Shown piece by piece: positions 15,077-30,127 of a stretch of 64,000 nucleotides of DNA (within the stretch, counting starts at the first letter, position 1; the number at the start of each line of letters is the position of its first letter). A model generated the notes under the pieces. It searched no databases. It worked only from the letters and a program-made list of their open reading frames with translations, and was not told the origin of the DNA. Source of the stretch: the human T2T-CHM13v2.0 reference genome, Homo sapiens; NCBI RefSeq assembly GCF_009914755.1, contig NC_060925.1. The stretch is one strand, 5' to 3'. The position numbers and the translations under genes were made by a program.

Positions 15077-15810
15077 TGTATTAGTCTGTCTGTGTTGCTA
15101 CAGAGGAATACCTGAGACTGGGTAATTTATAAAGAAAAGAGGTTTATTTTAGCTCGTGGTTCTTCAGCCTGTGCAGGAAGCATAGTGCTGGCATCTCCTT
15201 CTGGTGAGGGCCTCAGGAAGCTTGCAATCATGGCAGAAAGTGAAAGGGGAGCCAACATATTACATCATAAGAGAGGGAGCAAGAGAGTTGGTGAGGAGGG
15301 GGGCAGGCTTTTTAAAGAACTAGCTCTTGCATGAACTCATTACCGCTCACTACCACAGGGAGGGAACCAAGCCATTTATGAGGAATCTGCCCCCATGACC
15401 CAACACCTCTGGCTAGACTCCACCTCCAACATCAGGGGTCACTTTTCTTTCTTTCTTTCTTTCTCTTTCTTTCTTCCTCTTTTTTTCTTTCTTTTCTTCT
15501 CTTTTCCTTCCTTTCTTTCTTTATCTTTCTTTCTTTCCTTCTTTCTTTTTTCTGAGACAGGGCCGAACTCTGTTGCCCAAGCTGAAGTGCAGTGACACCA
15601 TCTCAACTCACCGCAACCTTTGTCTCCCAGGTTCAAGCAATTCTCCCACCTCAGTCTCTCAAGTAGCTGGAACCACAGGCACATGCCACCATGTCCAGCT
15701 ATTTTTTTTTTTTTTTTTTGGTAGAGATGGGGTTTCACTATGTTGGCCAGGCTGGAGGGGGTCACATTTCACCATGAGATTTGGATGGGACAGATTTCCA
15801 AACCACGTCA
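15077..15810 (-). mobile_element. MaLR solo LTR (MSTB-like) containing an Alu
   Basis: tgtattagtctg...ccaaaccacgtca; TSD TCTAT at 15072-15076 and 15811-15815. Confidence 0.88.
15443..15756 (-). mobile_element. 5'-truncated Alu with (TTTC)n tail
   Basis: Right arm plus part of the left arm; TSD GGGGTCAC; ~110 nt pyrimidine microsatellite tail. Confidence 0.85.
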
Positions 15811-15902
15811 TCTATTTAACCACAGTGACAAAGATTTCAAAGACAAATACACAAAGTTGCATACTTGTAAAAATAAAACAAAAACTTTGCTCTTGTAATG
15901 TC

Positions 15903-16197
15903 TTTTGTGTTGTTGTTGAGACAGCATCTCACTGTTGCCCAGGCTGGAGTGAAATAGTGCAATCATAGCACACTGTAACTCTGAACTCCTGGGCTCAAGC
16001 AATTCTCACACCTTAGCCTCCTGAGTAGCTGAGACTACAGGTGTGCACTATCATGCCCAGCTAATTTTTCATTTTTTGGTAGAGACCAGGTCTTGCTATG
16101 TTGTCCAAGCTAGTCTCAAACATCTGGCATCAGGCATTCCTCCCACCTCAGCCTCCTAAAGCATCGGGATTACAGGTATGATTCACCATGCCTGGCC
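15903..16197 (-). mobile_element. AluJ
   Basis: ctcctgggctcaagc and ggtcttgctatgttg AluJ features. Confidence 0.88.
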
Positions 16198-18613
16198 TTC
16201 TTTCAATATCTTTTAATATTTTGTTTTCTTAAGTAATCAAAGACCTGATAAGGACAACAAGGAGAACAAAAAAATTATTTTGATAATTTGATTATTTGAC
16301 AGGTAATGAAAACTCTTGTACAAAAATCAAGAAAACTTTGTTCTTTCAACAGAGAAAAGACCAAATTCTAGTTTGCTCACTTGCTTGCTTGCTCTTGGCT
16401 CTCTCTCTGCCTCTCTCTTTTCCCACCTTTCTATATTCACTTAATTTTTGTCTTTTATTCTTCTCTTTTTAAAATTACAAAACAATCTTTAAATAACCTC
16501 TAAACTAGGATAAAATTATTCTCCTTTTCCCTCAACAAAATTCATCTTTTTATACCTCACAACTTTTCTTGCCAAAAACACATCCTACTTTCATTACGTT
16601 CTTTGCATACAGAGTTTTGTTTCTTGTTATTTCCAGTAGTTTTATGACATATTTTTGTTTGAATTTTAACCTTAATAACCCTAATTCCCAGTAACAACTA
16701 GAAATAAGCAATTGTGAACTTCGTGTTGTGTACTAGCATTCTGTCATAGATTAGGCAAGTTGTGAACAAACCATTTCATAATTTCTGGAGGCGTAGGCCT
16801 CTTTCATAGCTTAATTTTTTTAATGTAACAAGAAGAACACATTATTAACAGGTCCAAATATCTTTTGTCTTTGTATCAATTAAGAAGCTCAAGTAGATGA
16901 ACTTATATTCAGTAATTAATGTTTTGGTATTTCATCTTATTTGTAAATGATCTAAATATTCAATTAATATTTATCATTTAACTTAACATAGTATAACTTT
17001 AAGATTTCAAATTTCCAAAAAGATTTTGGAAACTATTTTTAAGCAGATATATTTTTATAAAACATAATCATTATTATAAGGTTTATTTGTAAACTTTTAT
17101 CCTATTTACATGTATTTAATTGACTTATTCTTTAAAATTATGTTTCAATTACTCATGAAAATTCCATGAGATATTAGACAAAGTTAGTCCTCATTTTAAG
17201 CTCTTTTTCTTATCGGTAATTTTTATAACCTATTAGGCAACCATCAAACATCATAGAAGCAAAGCACCAGAAAATTTAAACATATAGCTTTTTTCCCCTT
17301 TACCATCACTCTAGACATACATTAAGAAATTTACTTTTGTTGTATGTTTCATTTTTAAGTTGAATTTATAATCTTAAAAACTTAAATGTCAAACAGAGAT
17401 AACATGGTTTGTTTGACTAGTAACCCCAGATAGAAAAAAATTATATATTTGAATTATATTTGACAACCTGAAGACATGCCTGTTTTTATTAAACCAACAA
17501 ACTTGAGCTAGCTTTATTTACCAAAAATTATCCCACCTCATATGAGCTTGGAAAACATGTGAGTTAGTCTCTATATTTCTCTATATATAAGCATTTATGT
17601 TTTTTTCTTTAAGGCAATTAAATAGAGCTCTTTTACAAGTTACTTTCGGCAATACCATCCAGGGGTAGAAAAAATATTATATATATCAACAATCACACTC
17701 ATACATAAACGCATAGCCCAGATGCAAACAGAGATATTATAGCTTTCATTCTAAAATTTTAGCCGTGAAGCAGGTATAATAACACAGAACTCACTAGTTT
17801 ATCACTAGTTTATAAAAGAAAAGTTGGTGCTAAACTGTGTTTCAGGCAGATGGAAAAAGTTAAGTTCACCTGCTCAGATACAGATGACTTTTTAAAAATA
17901 TTTGTGGAGAGACTTTTAAGATTTTTTATTTGCTTTTGATAGGTAATCTCATGGAGGCTATGAACTAGATTGGGGGAAAGGAAATGTTCCTCATGGTTCG
18001 GAGTTGTTTGGTTTTTAAGCCACTTTTTTCTGTTGTTTTTTTAGTTGCAGCTGGGCTGGGCATAGAAATTGTTTTAGTTAACTCCTCAGATGTTTACATT
18101 GTGAAGACATAGTAAGGTTTACATCTCCAGGGGACTGAGAAAAGATGTGGGTTTTCTCCAAGAAAGACTTTTGGAATATATTTGCCTATTATTAGGCATA
18201 TAGGGTAATTTTTTCTTTTTCTTAAATATTTATATTACTTTGAGTGTAATGAGATGCTTCTTAGTGTTTCAAGATGGAGAGTGAATTGGTGTTGAGAAAA
18301 GGGGAATTGCTGAGGAGCAGTTGAGTATTATTTCAGAACGAGTGACTAAGAAGATGATGCTGTTTTTACCACAGATGGTGAATACAAATTGGGTTGTGAG
18401 GGCTAATAGTGAATTCAGTCTCAAACATTTAGAGTTTGAATTACTTACTTAACCTCTAAGCTAAAAACATTGGTCTATACTGACTTACTAGTAAAAGAGT
18501 CAAGGGCAAGCATCAATATTTGTAAGTCATAAGGTGATCCATAAGTGATAATTCCATAAAGGGAGCACCTGCAGATCAGGGCTTAGGCAGAGAAACATCA
18601 AAAGCCAATGTGA

Positions 18614-18929
<316 letters not shown>

Positions 18930-19374
18930 GCCAACCTGAAAGGAAGCATTCAGTGAGGCAGAAGGACCAAAAGAGAGGTGGGAGGTGTGCTGAAGAAAAC
19001 CGAGTAAGAAAAAAATCACAAGGAGAGAAGGAGTAAAGAGAGTACATGCAACAAATGTCAGAAAAGGAGAGGCCTGGAAATCAGGGCTAGATTTGGGGAT
19101 TCCGATGTCATTATTATCTTTGCAATTAAAAATCATTCTTCATTTTCCACAGAAACTGATGCAGAGCCTCATCAGTTTAATTTCTGCAACAACCAAAAAA
19201 ATTACTTACATGCAACTGGTATAGATAGATGTTGTTTTTATATTTTATGTTTCTGTTTTATGATTATAACAATTCCTTGTTTTACTTCCTGTTATTATTT
19301 TGTGTTTCCAATAGAAAAGGTTCAATTAAGTGGTTGAAAAGCTTCAGGAAGAAATTTAAGCTAAATTGAAATGA

Positions 19375-22300
19375 GGGAGTAACATCAGCAAGATAATGAA
19401 ATGGAGGATCCCCTACTATCACTCCCTCCATAAAAATACAACTAGAAACTACTTAAAGACAAGAACACAACCCTGAGTTCACCACAATTCAAGGGAGAAT
19501 TGAAGAAACCTCCGGGGCCCTCAGAATTGAGAGAAGCTGTGACAGGTATGAAAAATGGCTGTTTCAGACATTGCAGCCCCCTCCATCAAGCTGGCATAAT
19601 GTCGCTCATAGAGAATTTTCCTAGACTCATGGTTTCTAAGGTAAGAAGAGGGAGTTGGAAGTGGACATACGATCTCCCCACCAGTCTGGGAATCTTCTCA
19701 GGAAGCCCACTTCTGCCCCATCCCATGGGAACAATTGGGAGTGTCAGAAGGGCTGACCAACCTTGGATGAAATGAGACAAAGAGTGGGACACTGATCATA
19801 GTGACTGGCACGTGGATCTTGGCAGTTAACTCTTCACTCCAATCAGTATGGACACCACATTGAAGAGACTGGCTGGCACCATAGTGCTATAGGGGACACA
19901 GTCTGTGAGAAGGCCTAAATCCCTGGACAGATTTCAACAAAGACTAGGTGTTCCCATGGAGCCTCCACTGGACCAGAAACAACTAGAAACGTTGGGATTG
20001 AGTTCCAGTGACTGCTTAAGTCTTCCACAAACTGGGAGACAGTGGCAGGGCAGCCACATAGCTCCAGAGCATTGTTAACTTAGTACTCACAATAAGTTTT
20101 CCCCACACTGGGAAATAGTGGCAGGGCAAAAGTTAGTTCCAGTGCAGTGATTTAGTTCTGGTACTCACTATAAATTCTCCCAAAAAAAAAAAAAAAAAAA
20201 AGAATATCAGCAGTTAAGTTCTGATACTAAGTAGTAAAGGTCAAACACCACCAAAGAATACCTGCAAGTAATGGAAGAGGTAGCTATCTCCTAAAATGTG
20301 CAGGTATTAAGGCAAACCCACAAGAATTGTAAAAACCCAGGGAAATATGACCTTACCAAAAGAAATCAACAAAGCTCCAGCAATGGAGCTAGAAGAAGTG
20401 AAGACCTAGGAAATGTTAAACAGACAATTCAAAATAATCCTCTTAAACAAATTTAGAGAATCATAAGAAAATATGGATAGAAAAAAAATAAAATTTGGAA
20501 AGTAACCCAGGAACAAAATGAGATATTTGACAAAGAAATAAAAGAAATAAGAAATAAAAACAAACAAATCCATTATTTCTAGGGTTTCTAGAAATAAAGA
20601 AACCGTAACTAAACTGACACAATAACTAAACTGAAAAACTCATTGGAAAGCTTCAACATCAGACTTGATTAGAGAAAAGAATTAGCAAGTTTGAAGACAG
20701 CACATATGAAATTACCTAATCAGAGGAGAAAAAAAGAAAAAAGAATTTAAAAGCATAAAAAAGAACTTTTTAAGAATTATGGCACATGATCAAGCAAACT
20801 AACCTCTGCATAGTAGGAATTCCCAAAGGAGGCAAGAGAGAAAAAGGCCTAGAAGACATATTTAACAAAACAATGGTGAAAATTTCCCAAAGATGGAGAA
20901 AGAGGACACCATTCAGATACAGGAATCTTGGAGGTCATCAATCAAATTAAACCCAAAGAGGAAATCCCTAAGGCATATCACAATCAAATTAGCAAAAATC
21001 AGAGACAACAAAAATACTCAGTGCAGCAAAAGAAAAGAAAAATATTACATTAAACAAAGCACCAATACAGCTTTCACTGGATTTCACAGCAGAAATCCTA
21101 CAGGCCAGGTGAGAATGGGAAGCTTGAAAGTGCTGAAAGAAAAAAAAAAACTGTCAACCAAGAATAATGTGCCCAGCAAAGCTATTAAAACAAGAAGAGA
21201 GATAAAGACTTTCTCAGACAAACAAAAACTGAGGGAATTTGTCAGCACCAGACCTGTGTTACAAGACATGCTAAAGAGAGTTCTTCAATCTGAAAGAAAT
21301 GGATGCTAATGTGTAACAAGAAACAATCTGCAGGTATGAAACTCATTGGTAAAAGAAAGAAAACAGACCAATTCAGAACACATCAATAGTGAAATTAGGG
21401 TAAGTAAATGACCTATATCTTAAATATGAAGATTAAAAGACAAAACCACTAAAAACAATAACTACAATTTATTAAGAGATGCACAATGTAAAAAAAGTAA
21501 ATTGAAACACAAAAAAGTCAAAATGTGGTGAGAGGATGGTATTAAAGTGTAGAGTTTGTTGTTTCTTATCTTTTCTTTGCAATAAAATATAAGTCACTAT
21601 CAGTTTAAAATAACTTATTATAAATATAAGAGGGTTTTTGTAAGCCTCACGTTAACCATAAAGCAAAAACCTACAATAGATATATAAAAATAAATAGCAT
21701 GAAATAAAAACGTACTACCAGAGGAAATCACTTAACCACAAAGGAAGTGAGTGAGAGAGGAAAAGGGAAGAATTCACAAAACAACAAGAAGTCAAGTAAC
21801 AAAATGGCAGTAGTAAACCCTTACTGTGAATAATAACTTTGAATGTAAATGGATCAAATTGTCCAACCAAAAGACATAGAGTGGCTGAATGGATTTAAAA
21901 AACAAGATCCAACTGTATGCTATCTACAAGTACTTCACTTAATCTATGAAGACATTCACAGACTAAAAGTGAAGGAATGAAAAAAGATATTTCATGCAAA
22001 TAGAAACCAAAAAGGAACAGGGATAGGTTTACTAATATCAGATAAACTAGACTTGAAGCCAAGAGTCATTTTTAAAATGACAAAAAAGAAAGCCATTATA
22101 TAATGATATAGGGGACAGTACAGCAAGAATACATAACAATTGTAAATATATATGCACCCAATACTGGAACACACAAATATGTAAAAAAGTTAATAGACTT
22201 AAAGGGAGAGATTGACTACAATAAATAGTACTAGGAGATTTCAACACCCCATTTTCAGTGATGGCCAGATCACTCAGACAGAAAAGTAACAAAGAAACAT

Positions 22301-25300
22301 TGGAGTTAAAATGAACTCTAGACCAAAGGAACATAACAGATATTTTATGTTATGTTATATTTTATTTTATTTTATGTTACAGATATTACAGAACATTCCA
22401 TCCAACAGCTGCAGAATACACATTTTTCTCAACAGCACATAGAAGATTATCCAGGATAGATCATATGTTAGGTCCCAAAACAAGTCTTGACACATTCTTT
22501 AAAAATCCAAATCATATCAAGTGCATTTCTTACCACAATTATTCCAATTATTCTACCATTCTGGAATAAAACTAGAAACCAGTTTTAAAAAAAGGAACAC
22601 TGGAAATTGTACAAACTCATGGAAATGAAACAACATACTCCTGAACACTGAATGGGTCAACGAAGAAATTAAAAAGGAAATTTAAAATTATCTTCAGACA
22701 AATGAAAATGGAAACATGACATACTAAAGCCTATGTAATATATCAAAGCAGTTCTAAGAGCAGTTCTGTAGCAATAAATGCCTACATCAAAAAAGTAGAA
22801 AGACTTCAAATAAACAACCTAAAGATCACCTCAAGGAACTAGACAAGCAAAAACAAACAACACTCATAATTCAGATAAAGTATCTATCTGAACAATACAA
22901 AAGATTGAAGTAGCAAAAATTGCATTTTTGAAATAATAAATGAAATTAACAAAACTTTAGCTAGACCAAAGAAAAGAGAGAGGACTCAAATAAATAAAAT
23001 CAGAAACAAAAAAGGAGATATTACAATGGATACCACAGAAATAGAGAATCATTAGAGATTATTATGAATAACTATATGCCAATAAATTGGAAAAACTAGG
23101 AAGAAAAAGATTAATTCCTGGGCTCTTACAACCTACCAAGATGAAACCAGGAAGAAATAGAAAACCTGAACAGACCAATAACAAGTAATGAGATTAAAAC
23201 AGTAATAAAAAGTCTCCCATCAAAGAAAAGCCCAAGATCTGATGGATTCACTGTTGAATTCTACCAAACATTTAAAGAAGAATTAATGCCAATTCTACAC
23301 AAACTATTCAAAAATCTTAAAGAAGAAGGAATACTTCCAAACTCATTCTATAAGGCCAGCATTACCAAGATACCAAAACTAGACAAATATACAATTAAAA
23401 AAGAAAACCACATATCAATTTCATTGATAAACATAGATGCAAAAATTCTTAACAAATATCATCAAACTGAATTCCACAACATATTTTAAAAGATCATTCC
23501 ATCATAGTCAAGTGAGATTTATCCAAGAGATGCAATAATGGTTCAACATATGCAAATCAGTAAACTTGATACACCACACTGACAGAATCAAGAATAAAAA
23601 TTGTATGATCATTTCAATAAATGCTTAAAAAGTATTTGATAAATTTCAACATTTTTTCCATGATTAAAACTCTCAACTAATTGGGTATAGAGGGAACATA
23701 CTTCAAAAAAATGAAGGTGAATATGTGAAAAACCCACAGCTAACATACTGAATAAGGAAAAACTGAAAGCCTTTCCTCTAAGATCTGGAACACAACAAGG
23801 ATCCCCATTCTCACCACTTTTTCAATAGAGTACTGGAAGTTCTAGCCAGAAAAACTAGACAAGAGAAAGAAAATAAAGGACAACTAAATTGGAAAGGAAG
23901 AAGTCAAGTTATCTTTGTTCATAGATGACATGATTCTAGGTTTTGAAAACTTTGCAATTCCATGAAGAAACTATAATAACTAATAAACAAATTTGGTAAA
24001 GTTTCAGGATACAAAATCAACATATAAAAATTAGTAGCACTTCTACATGCCAGTGGAAACAATCTGAAAACAATCAATAAAGTAATCCCATTTATAATAG
24101 CAACAAAAAATTGAAATAGCTAAAAATAAATTTAACTGAAGAAATGAAACCTCTCTACAAGGAAAACTATAAAACACTGACGAAAGAAGTTATAGAAGAC
24201 TCACAAAAAATGGAATGATATCCCATGTTCATGGATTGGAATAATCAATATTGCTAAAATGTCCATACTACCCAAAACAATCTACAAAGTCAATGCAATC
24301 CCTATCAAAACACCAATGATATTATTCACAGAAGAAGAAAAAAACAATTTTAAAATTTGTTTGGAACCACTAAAGACCCCAAATAACCAAAGCAAACCTG
24401 AGAAAAAGAACAAAGCTGGAGGTATTACACTGATTTCAGAATATACTGCAAGGCTATAGTAATAAAAACAGCGTACTGGCATAAAAACAGACACTTAGGC
24501 CCAATGGAACAGAATAGAGAACACAGAAATAAATCCACATGTTTATAACCAAATCATTTTTGACAAAGGTGCCAAGAACATACTTTGGGGAAAGAACAAT
24601 CTCTTCAATACATGGGAAAGCTAGATATCCATATGCAGAAAAATAAAATTAGATTTCTATCCTTCACAATATTCCAATACCAAATATAAAGGGATAAAAG
24701 ATTTAAAAATAAGACCTGAAACTATGAAATTACTAAAAGAAAACAGCGAGGAATCACTTCAGGACATTGGTGTGGGCAAAGATGTATGGGGTAAGACCTC
24801 AAAAGCACACACAATAAAACCTGGATATAGACAAGTTGGATTACATCAAGCTAAAAATGTTTTACGTAGCAAAGAAAACAATCTATAAAGTTAAGAGACA
24901 ACCTACAGAATGGAAGAAAATATTTGCAAAGCATCTATCTGAAAAGTGATTACTAAACAGAATATATAAGGAACTCAAACAACTCAATAAGAAAAAAACA
25001 AATAATTCAATTTTTAAAATGGGCAAATGATCTAAATAGACATTTCGCCAAAGCAGACATACAAATGGCAAAGAGGAATATAAGACAAGTGTTCAGTACT
25101 GCTCATCATCAGGGAAATATAAATCAAAACTACAGTGGGATATCATCTCACCCCGGTTAGAATGGCTATTATCAAAAAGACAAAAAATAACAAATGCTGG
25201 CAAGGATGTGGCGAAAGGGGAATGGTCATATACTGTTGGTGGGATAGTAAATTAGGCTGCCTCTATGGAAAACAGTATGGAAGTTTCTTCAAAAACTTAA

Positions 25301-25370
25301 AATTAATCCACAATATGATCTGCTGAGTATATAGCCAAAAAAGAAAGGAAATCAGTACACCAAAGAGATA
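19375..25370 (+). mobile_element. Outer L1MA-type element: 5' UTR, ORF1 and ORF2, degenerate
   Basis: ORF1 C-terminal remnant ends at 21309 (KTFSDKQKLREF); ORF2 ATG at 21804 with endonuclease remnants; RT segments ([11 protein letters not shown]; LSLFIDDMI at ~23910); many stops and frameshifts. Confidence 0.92.
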
Positions 25371-28318
25371 TTGGAGGAAGAAGCAAAGCAAGATGGCCAA
25401 ATAGAACCCTCCAGTGATTGTCCCCACTGCAGGAATACCAAATTGAATAAATATCTTTGCAAGAAAACACCTTCATAAGAAACAATAATCTGTTGAGCCT
25501 TCACAGTGCCTGGTTTTAATATGGTATCAAGGAAAGAGGAACTGAAAAGGATAGGAAAGACTGTCTTGCATCGGCTACACTACCCATCCCCCATCCTGGG
25601 AAATGCATGGAAAGAAAATCTATGTGCTTGGGGGAGGGAGAGTGAAGTGATTGTGGGACTTTGCATTGGAACTCAGTGCTGCCCTATCACAGAGGAACCC
25701 AGCACAGGGAAGAATTCTACCATTGCCCATGGAGGGAGAATATAGAATAGCCTCAGCCAGAGTAGAATCCTCTGCCCCAAAGAAGTTCCAGCTAGCTCCA
25801 CCATGGACTCACTACAGTGACCTAGAGTCCTGAATATATTTGAAAGGCAGGCAGGCCACAAGGACTGCAGTCTCTAAGCAAGTCCTGGTGCTGCACTGGG
25901 CTCGAAGTCAGTGGACTAGTGGACTTGGGGTGCAGCAACCCAGTGAAACATCAGCTGCTACAGTTAAGGGAAGGCTTACATCACCCCTCCAAAAACTCCA
26001 AGCAGTACAGCTCAAGTCGACTCCTTCCACTTGCAGAAAAGAGAGGGAAGATTACAGAGGACTTTGCCTTGCAACGTGGGTACCAGCTCAGCCACAATGA
26101 ACTAAAGCATCAGGCAGATTCCTGAAGCCCCTGATTCCAGGCCCTAGTTTCTGGACAAGCATTTCTAGACCCACCCTGTGCCAGAAGGCAACCCAATACC
26201 CAGAAGGCAAAGACCCAGTCCTGGCAGGATTCACCACCTGATGACTAAAGAACTGTTGGTCTTTGAATGAACATCAGTGATAGCCAGGCAGTAGTAACCA
26301 TGGGCCTTGGGCAAGATATAGCAATATGCTGACTTCAGGTGTGATCCAGCACAGTCCCAGATGTGGTGGCCAGGGAAGTGCTTGCATCACAACTTCCCCA
26401 ACTCCAGGCAGCCCAGCATGGAAAGAGAGGCTCCTGTTTGGGGTAAGTGAGGGAAGAAAATGAGAGATCCTGCTTGGTAATCCAGGGGATTCTTCTGGAT
26501 CTTACCCAAGCCCTCTTTGAGCCTGCAAGTGTCACAGTGTTACTGGGCTCAGGGTGCTCTCTAGTCCAGATACAGCTGCAGTGACCAGAGACTTAGATGA
26601 CAACATTCAATTCTCTTTGAATATCCCAAAAGTCTTCTCAAGAAAGATTGGTACAAACAAGCCCAGACTGTGAATATTAGAATAAATACCTAATTCTTCA
26701 ATGTCCAGGCATCAATAAACATCCATAGGCATCAAGACTATCCAGGAAAACATGACCTCACCAAACAAACTAAATAAGGCACCAGTGACCAATCCTGCAG
26801 TGACAGAGATGTGTGAACTTTCACACGGGGAATTCAAAATAGTTACTTTAAGGAAGCTCAACAAACTTCAAGATAATACAGACAAGGAATCCAGAATTCT
26901 ATCAAAAATTTTTAACAAAGAGATTGAATCTTTTTTAAAAAATTAAGAAGAAATTCTGGAGTGGAAAAATTCAACTGACAAACTGAAAAATGCATCAGAG
27001 ACTCTAAACAGCAGAATTGATTAAGCAGAAGAAAAAATTAGTGAGCTTCACGACAGGGTATATGAAAATATACGGTCAGAGGAGAAAAAATTGAAATGAA
27101 TAAAAAAGAATGAAGCATGCCTACAAGATATAGAAAACAGCATCAAAAGGGCAAACCTTAAGAGTTATTGGCCTTAAAGAAGAGGTAGAGATATTGAGCT
27201 AGAAAACTTATTCAAATAAATAACAGAACTTTCCAAACCTGCAGAAAGATACCAATATTCAAGTATAAGAAGGTCATAGAACACCAGGAAGATTTAACCC
27301 AAATAAGACTATCTCAAGATATTTAATAAAACCTCAAAGGTCAAGGATAAAGGATTCTAAAGGCAACAAAAGAAAAGAAGCAAATAACATATAAAGAGCT
27401 CCAATGTGTCTGGCAGACTTCTCAGTGGAAACCTTATAGTCCAGGAGATAGTGGCATGACATATTTAAAGTGCTGAAGGAAATAAAACTTTTATCCTAGA
27501 GTAGTATATCCAGTGAAAATTCCTTAAAACATGAAGAAGAAATAAAGACTTTCCCAGACAAATAAAAGCTGGCTGATTTTGTCAACACCAGACCTGTCTA
27601 CAAGAAATGCTAAAGGGACTCCTTCAATCTGAAAGAAAGGGTTGTTAATGAGCAATAAAAAATTATCCAAAGTTACAAAACACTGGTAAGAGTAAGTACA
27701 CAGATAAATGCAGAATACTCTAACACTGTGTGGTGTATAAACCACTCATTTACTGAGTAGGAATACTAAAAGACAAAACTGTCAAATACAATAACTACAA
27801 CAAAGTTTTAAGAGGCAGAGTGTATAAAAAGGTAAGAAACAACAAAATGTTTAAAAAGTCAGGGGGATGGAGTTAAAGTGTAGAACTTTTATTAGTTTTC
27901 TCTTTGCTTTTTTGTTTTTGTTGTTTTTCTGTAATCAGAGTTAAGCTGTTATGAGTTTAAAATAGTTATATCATTTACAAGCCTCATGGTAACCTCAAAT
28001 TAAAAAAAACCTACAACAGATACACAAAAAATAAACAGCAAGAAATGAAAGCATACTACCAGAGAAAAATCACTTTTACACAAAGAAACCGGGAAGGAAG
28101 GAAAACCAAAAATCAACCAGAAAATAAATAAAATGGCATTAGTGCCATGTGATCCAGCAATCTCAATGCTGAGTTAGAAAAGATAGGAAATTGGTACATC
28201 CAAGAGATATCTGCACCCCCATGTTTATTGCAGCACTATTCACAATAGCCAAGATTTGGAATCAACCTAAGTATCCATCAACAGGTGAATGGATAGAGAA
28301 AATGTGGTACATATACAC

Positions 28319-28553
28319 CAAGCTGGTCCAACCCATGGCCCATGGGCCACATGTGGCCCAGGATGGTTTTGAAGGCAGTCCAACACAAATTCATAAACTT
28401 TCTTAAAACATTATGAGATTTTTTTTTGTGTGTGTGTGTGTGTTTTTTTTTTTTAGCTCATCAGCTATCATTAGTGTTAGTGTATTTTAAGTGTGGCCCA
28501 AGACAATTCTTCTTGCAATGTGGCCCGTGGAAGCTAAAATGTTGGACACCCCC
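28319..28553 (+). mobile_element. MER30 (hAT-Charlie non-autonomous DNA transposon)
   Basis: caagctggtccaaccc...caacacaaattcataaactttcttaaaacattatgag...ttggacacccc. Confidence 0.92.
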
Positions 28554-28831
28554 AAATGGAATATTATTCAGCCTGTCATTTGCAACAACATGAACGGAAC
28601 TGGAGGACATTGCGTCAGGCACAGAAAGACAAATTTTGCATCTTCTCATACATATTTGGGAGCTAAAAATTAAAACAATGGAACTCATGGAACTAGAAAG
28701 TAGAATGATGCTTACCAGAGGCTGGGAAATGTAGCAGGGAGTAGAAGAAAGACTGGGGATAGTTAATGGGTATAAAAATATAGTTAGAATAAATAAGATC
28801 TAGTATTTAATACCACAACTGGGTGACTTTA

Positions 28832-29587
28832 TTTTTTTTTAAGTTCAGAGGTACATGTGCAGGATGTGCAGGTTTGTTACATAGGTAAATGTGTGTCAAG
28901 GGGGTTTGTAGTACAGAATATTTCATTAGCCAGGTATTAAGTAAGCCTAGTATCCATTATTTAGTTTTCCTGATCCTCTCCCTCCTCCCACCCTCCGAGA
29001 GGCCCCAGTATGCATTGTTCACCTGTATGTGTCCATCTGTTCTCATCATTTAGCTCCCACTTCTAAGTGAGGACACATGGTATTTGGTTTTCTGTTCCTA
29101 CATTAGTTTGCTAAGGATGATGGCCTCCAACTCCATCCATGTTCCTGCAAAGGACATGATCTCATTCCCTTTTATGGCTGCATGATATTCCATGGTGTAT
29201 ATGTACCACATCTTTTTTATCCAGTCTATCGTTGATGGGCATTTAGGTTGATTCCATGTCTTTGCTATTGTGAATAGGGCTGCAATGAACACACACGTGC
29301 ATGTGTCTTTATAAAAGAATGATTTCTATTCCATTGGGTATATACCCAGTAATGGGAGTGCTGGATCAAATGGCATTTCTGTCTCTAGGTCTTTGAGGGA
29401 TCATCACACTATCTTCCACAATGGTTGAACTAATTTACACTCCCACCAACAGTGAAAAGCATTCCTTTTTCTCCACGACCTTGCCAGCATCTATTATTTT
29501 TTGACTTTTTAATAATAGCCATTCTGACTGACGTGAGATGATATCTCATTGTGGTTTTGATTTGCCTTTCTCTAATGATGAATGATG
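28832..29587 (-). mobile_element. 5'-truncated L1PA (L1PA13-15-like) 3' end
   Basis: Antisense ORF2 C-terminus (MFIAALFTIAKTWNQPKCP...) plus 3' UTR and poly-T; perfect 18-bp TSD CACAACTGGGTGACTTTA at 28814-28831 and 29588-29605. Confidence 0.93.
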
Positions 29588-29825
29588 CACAACTGGGTGA
29601 CTTTAGTCAACAATAATTTATTGTATATTTAAAAATAACTAAAATAGTAGAATTGGAATGGCACTAATATAAAGAAATGATGAATGTTTGAGGTGATGGA
29701 TACTCCAATTACCCTGATGTGATTATTACACTTTGTATGCCTATATCAAAACATCACATGTACCCCGTAAATATATATACCTATTATATACCCACAATAA
29801 TTAAAAATCCATTTTTTTAAAAAAA

Positions 29826-30115
29826 CTGGTGCAGTGGCTCATTCCTATAATCCTAGCACTTTTGGAGGCCAGGGTGAGAAGATCACTTGAGATCAGGAGT
29901 TCAAGACCAGCCTGAGCAACATAGCAAGACTTTGCCTCTAAAAATAAAAATAAAAAATTAACCAGGTATAGTGGTAAGCACCTGCAGTACCAGCTACTTG
30001 GGAGGCTGAGGGAGGAGGATCACATGAGTCCAGAAGTTAGAGGTTGCAGTGATCTATGACTGCACCACTGCAATCCAGCCTCAGCAACAGAGTGAGACCC
30101 TGTCTCTATAAAATT
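29826..30115 (+). mobile_element. AluJ
   Basis: Dimer with aacatagcaagac and gaggatcacatgagtccag. Confidence 0.88.
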
Positions 30116-30127
30116 TTTTTTTAATTT

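Larger units (their letters stand above)
25371..29810 (+). mobile_element. Inner L1 (L1MA/L1PB-type) with 5' UTR, ORF1 and 3' end, lacking nearly all of ORF2
   Basis: New 5' end (caagatggccaaatagaaccctcc); ORF1 start MTSPNKLNKAP at 26752; ORF2 ATG at 28133 joined directly to ORF2-terminal sequence; 3' UTR ends aataattaaaaa. Confidence 0.85.

Noticed and set aside
20893-29292. L1 ORF1/ORF2 peptide fragments as functional genes
   Set aside because: Short, frameshifted relics of dead L1 copies.
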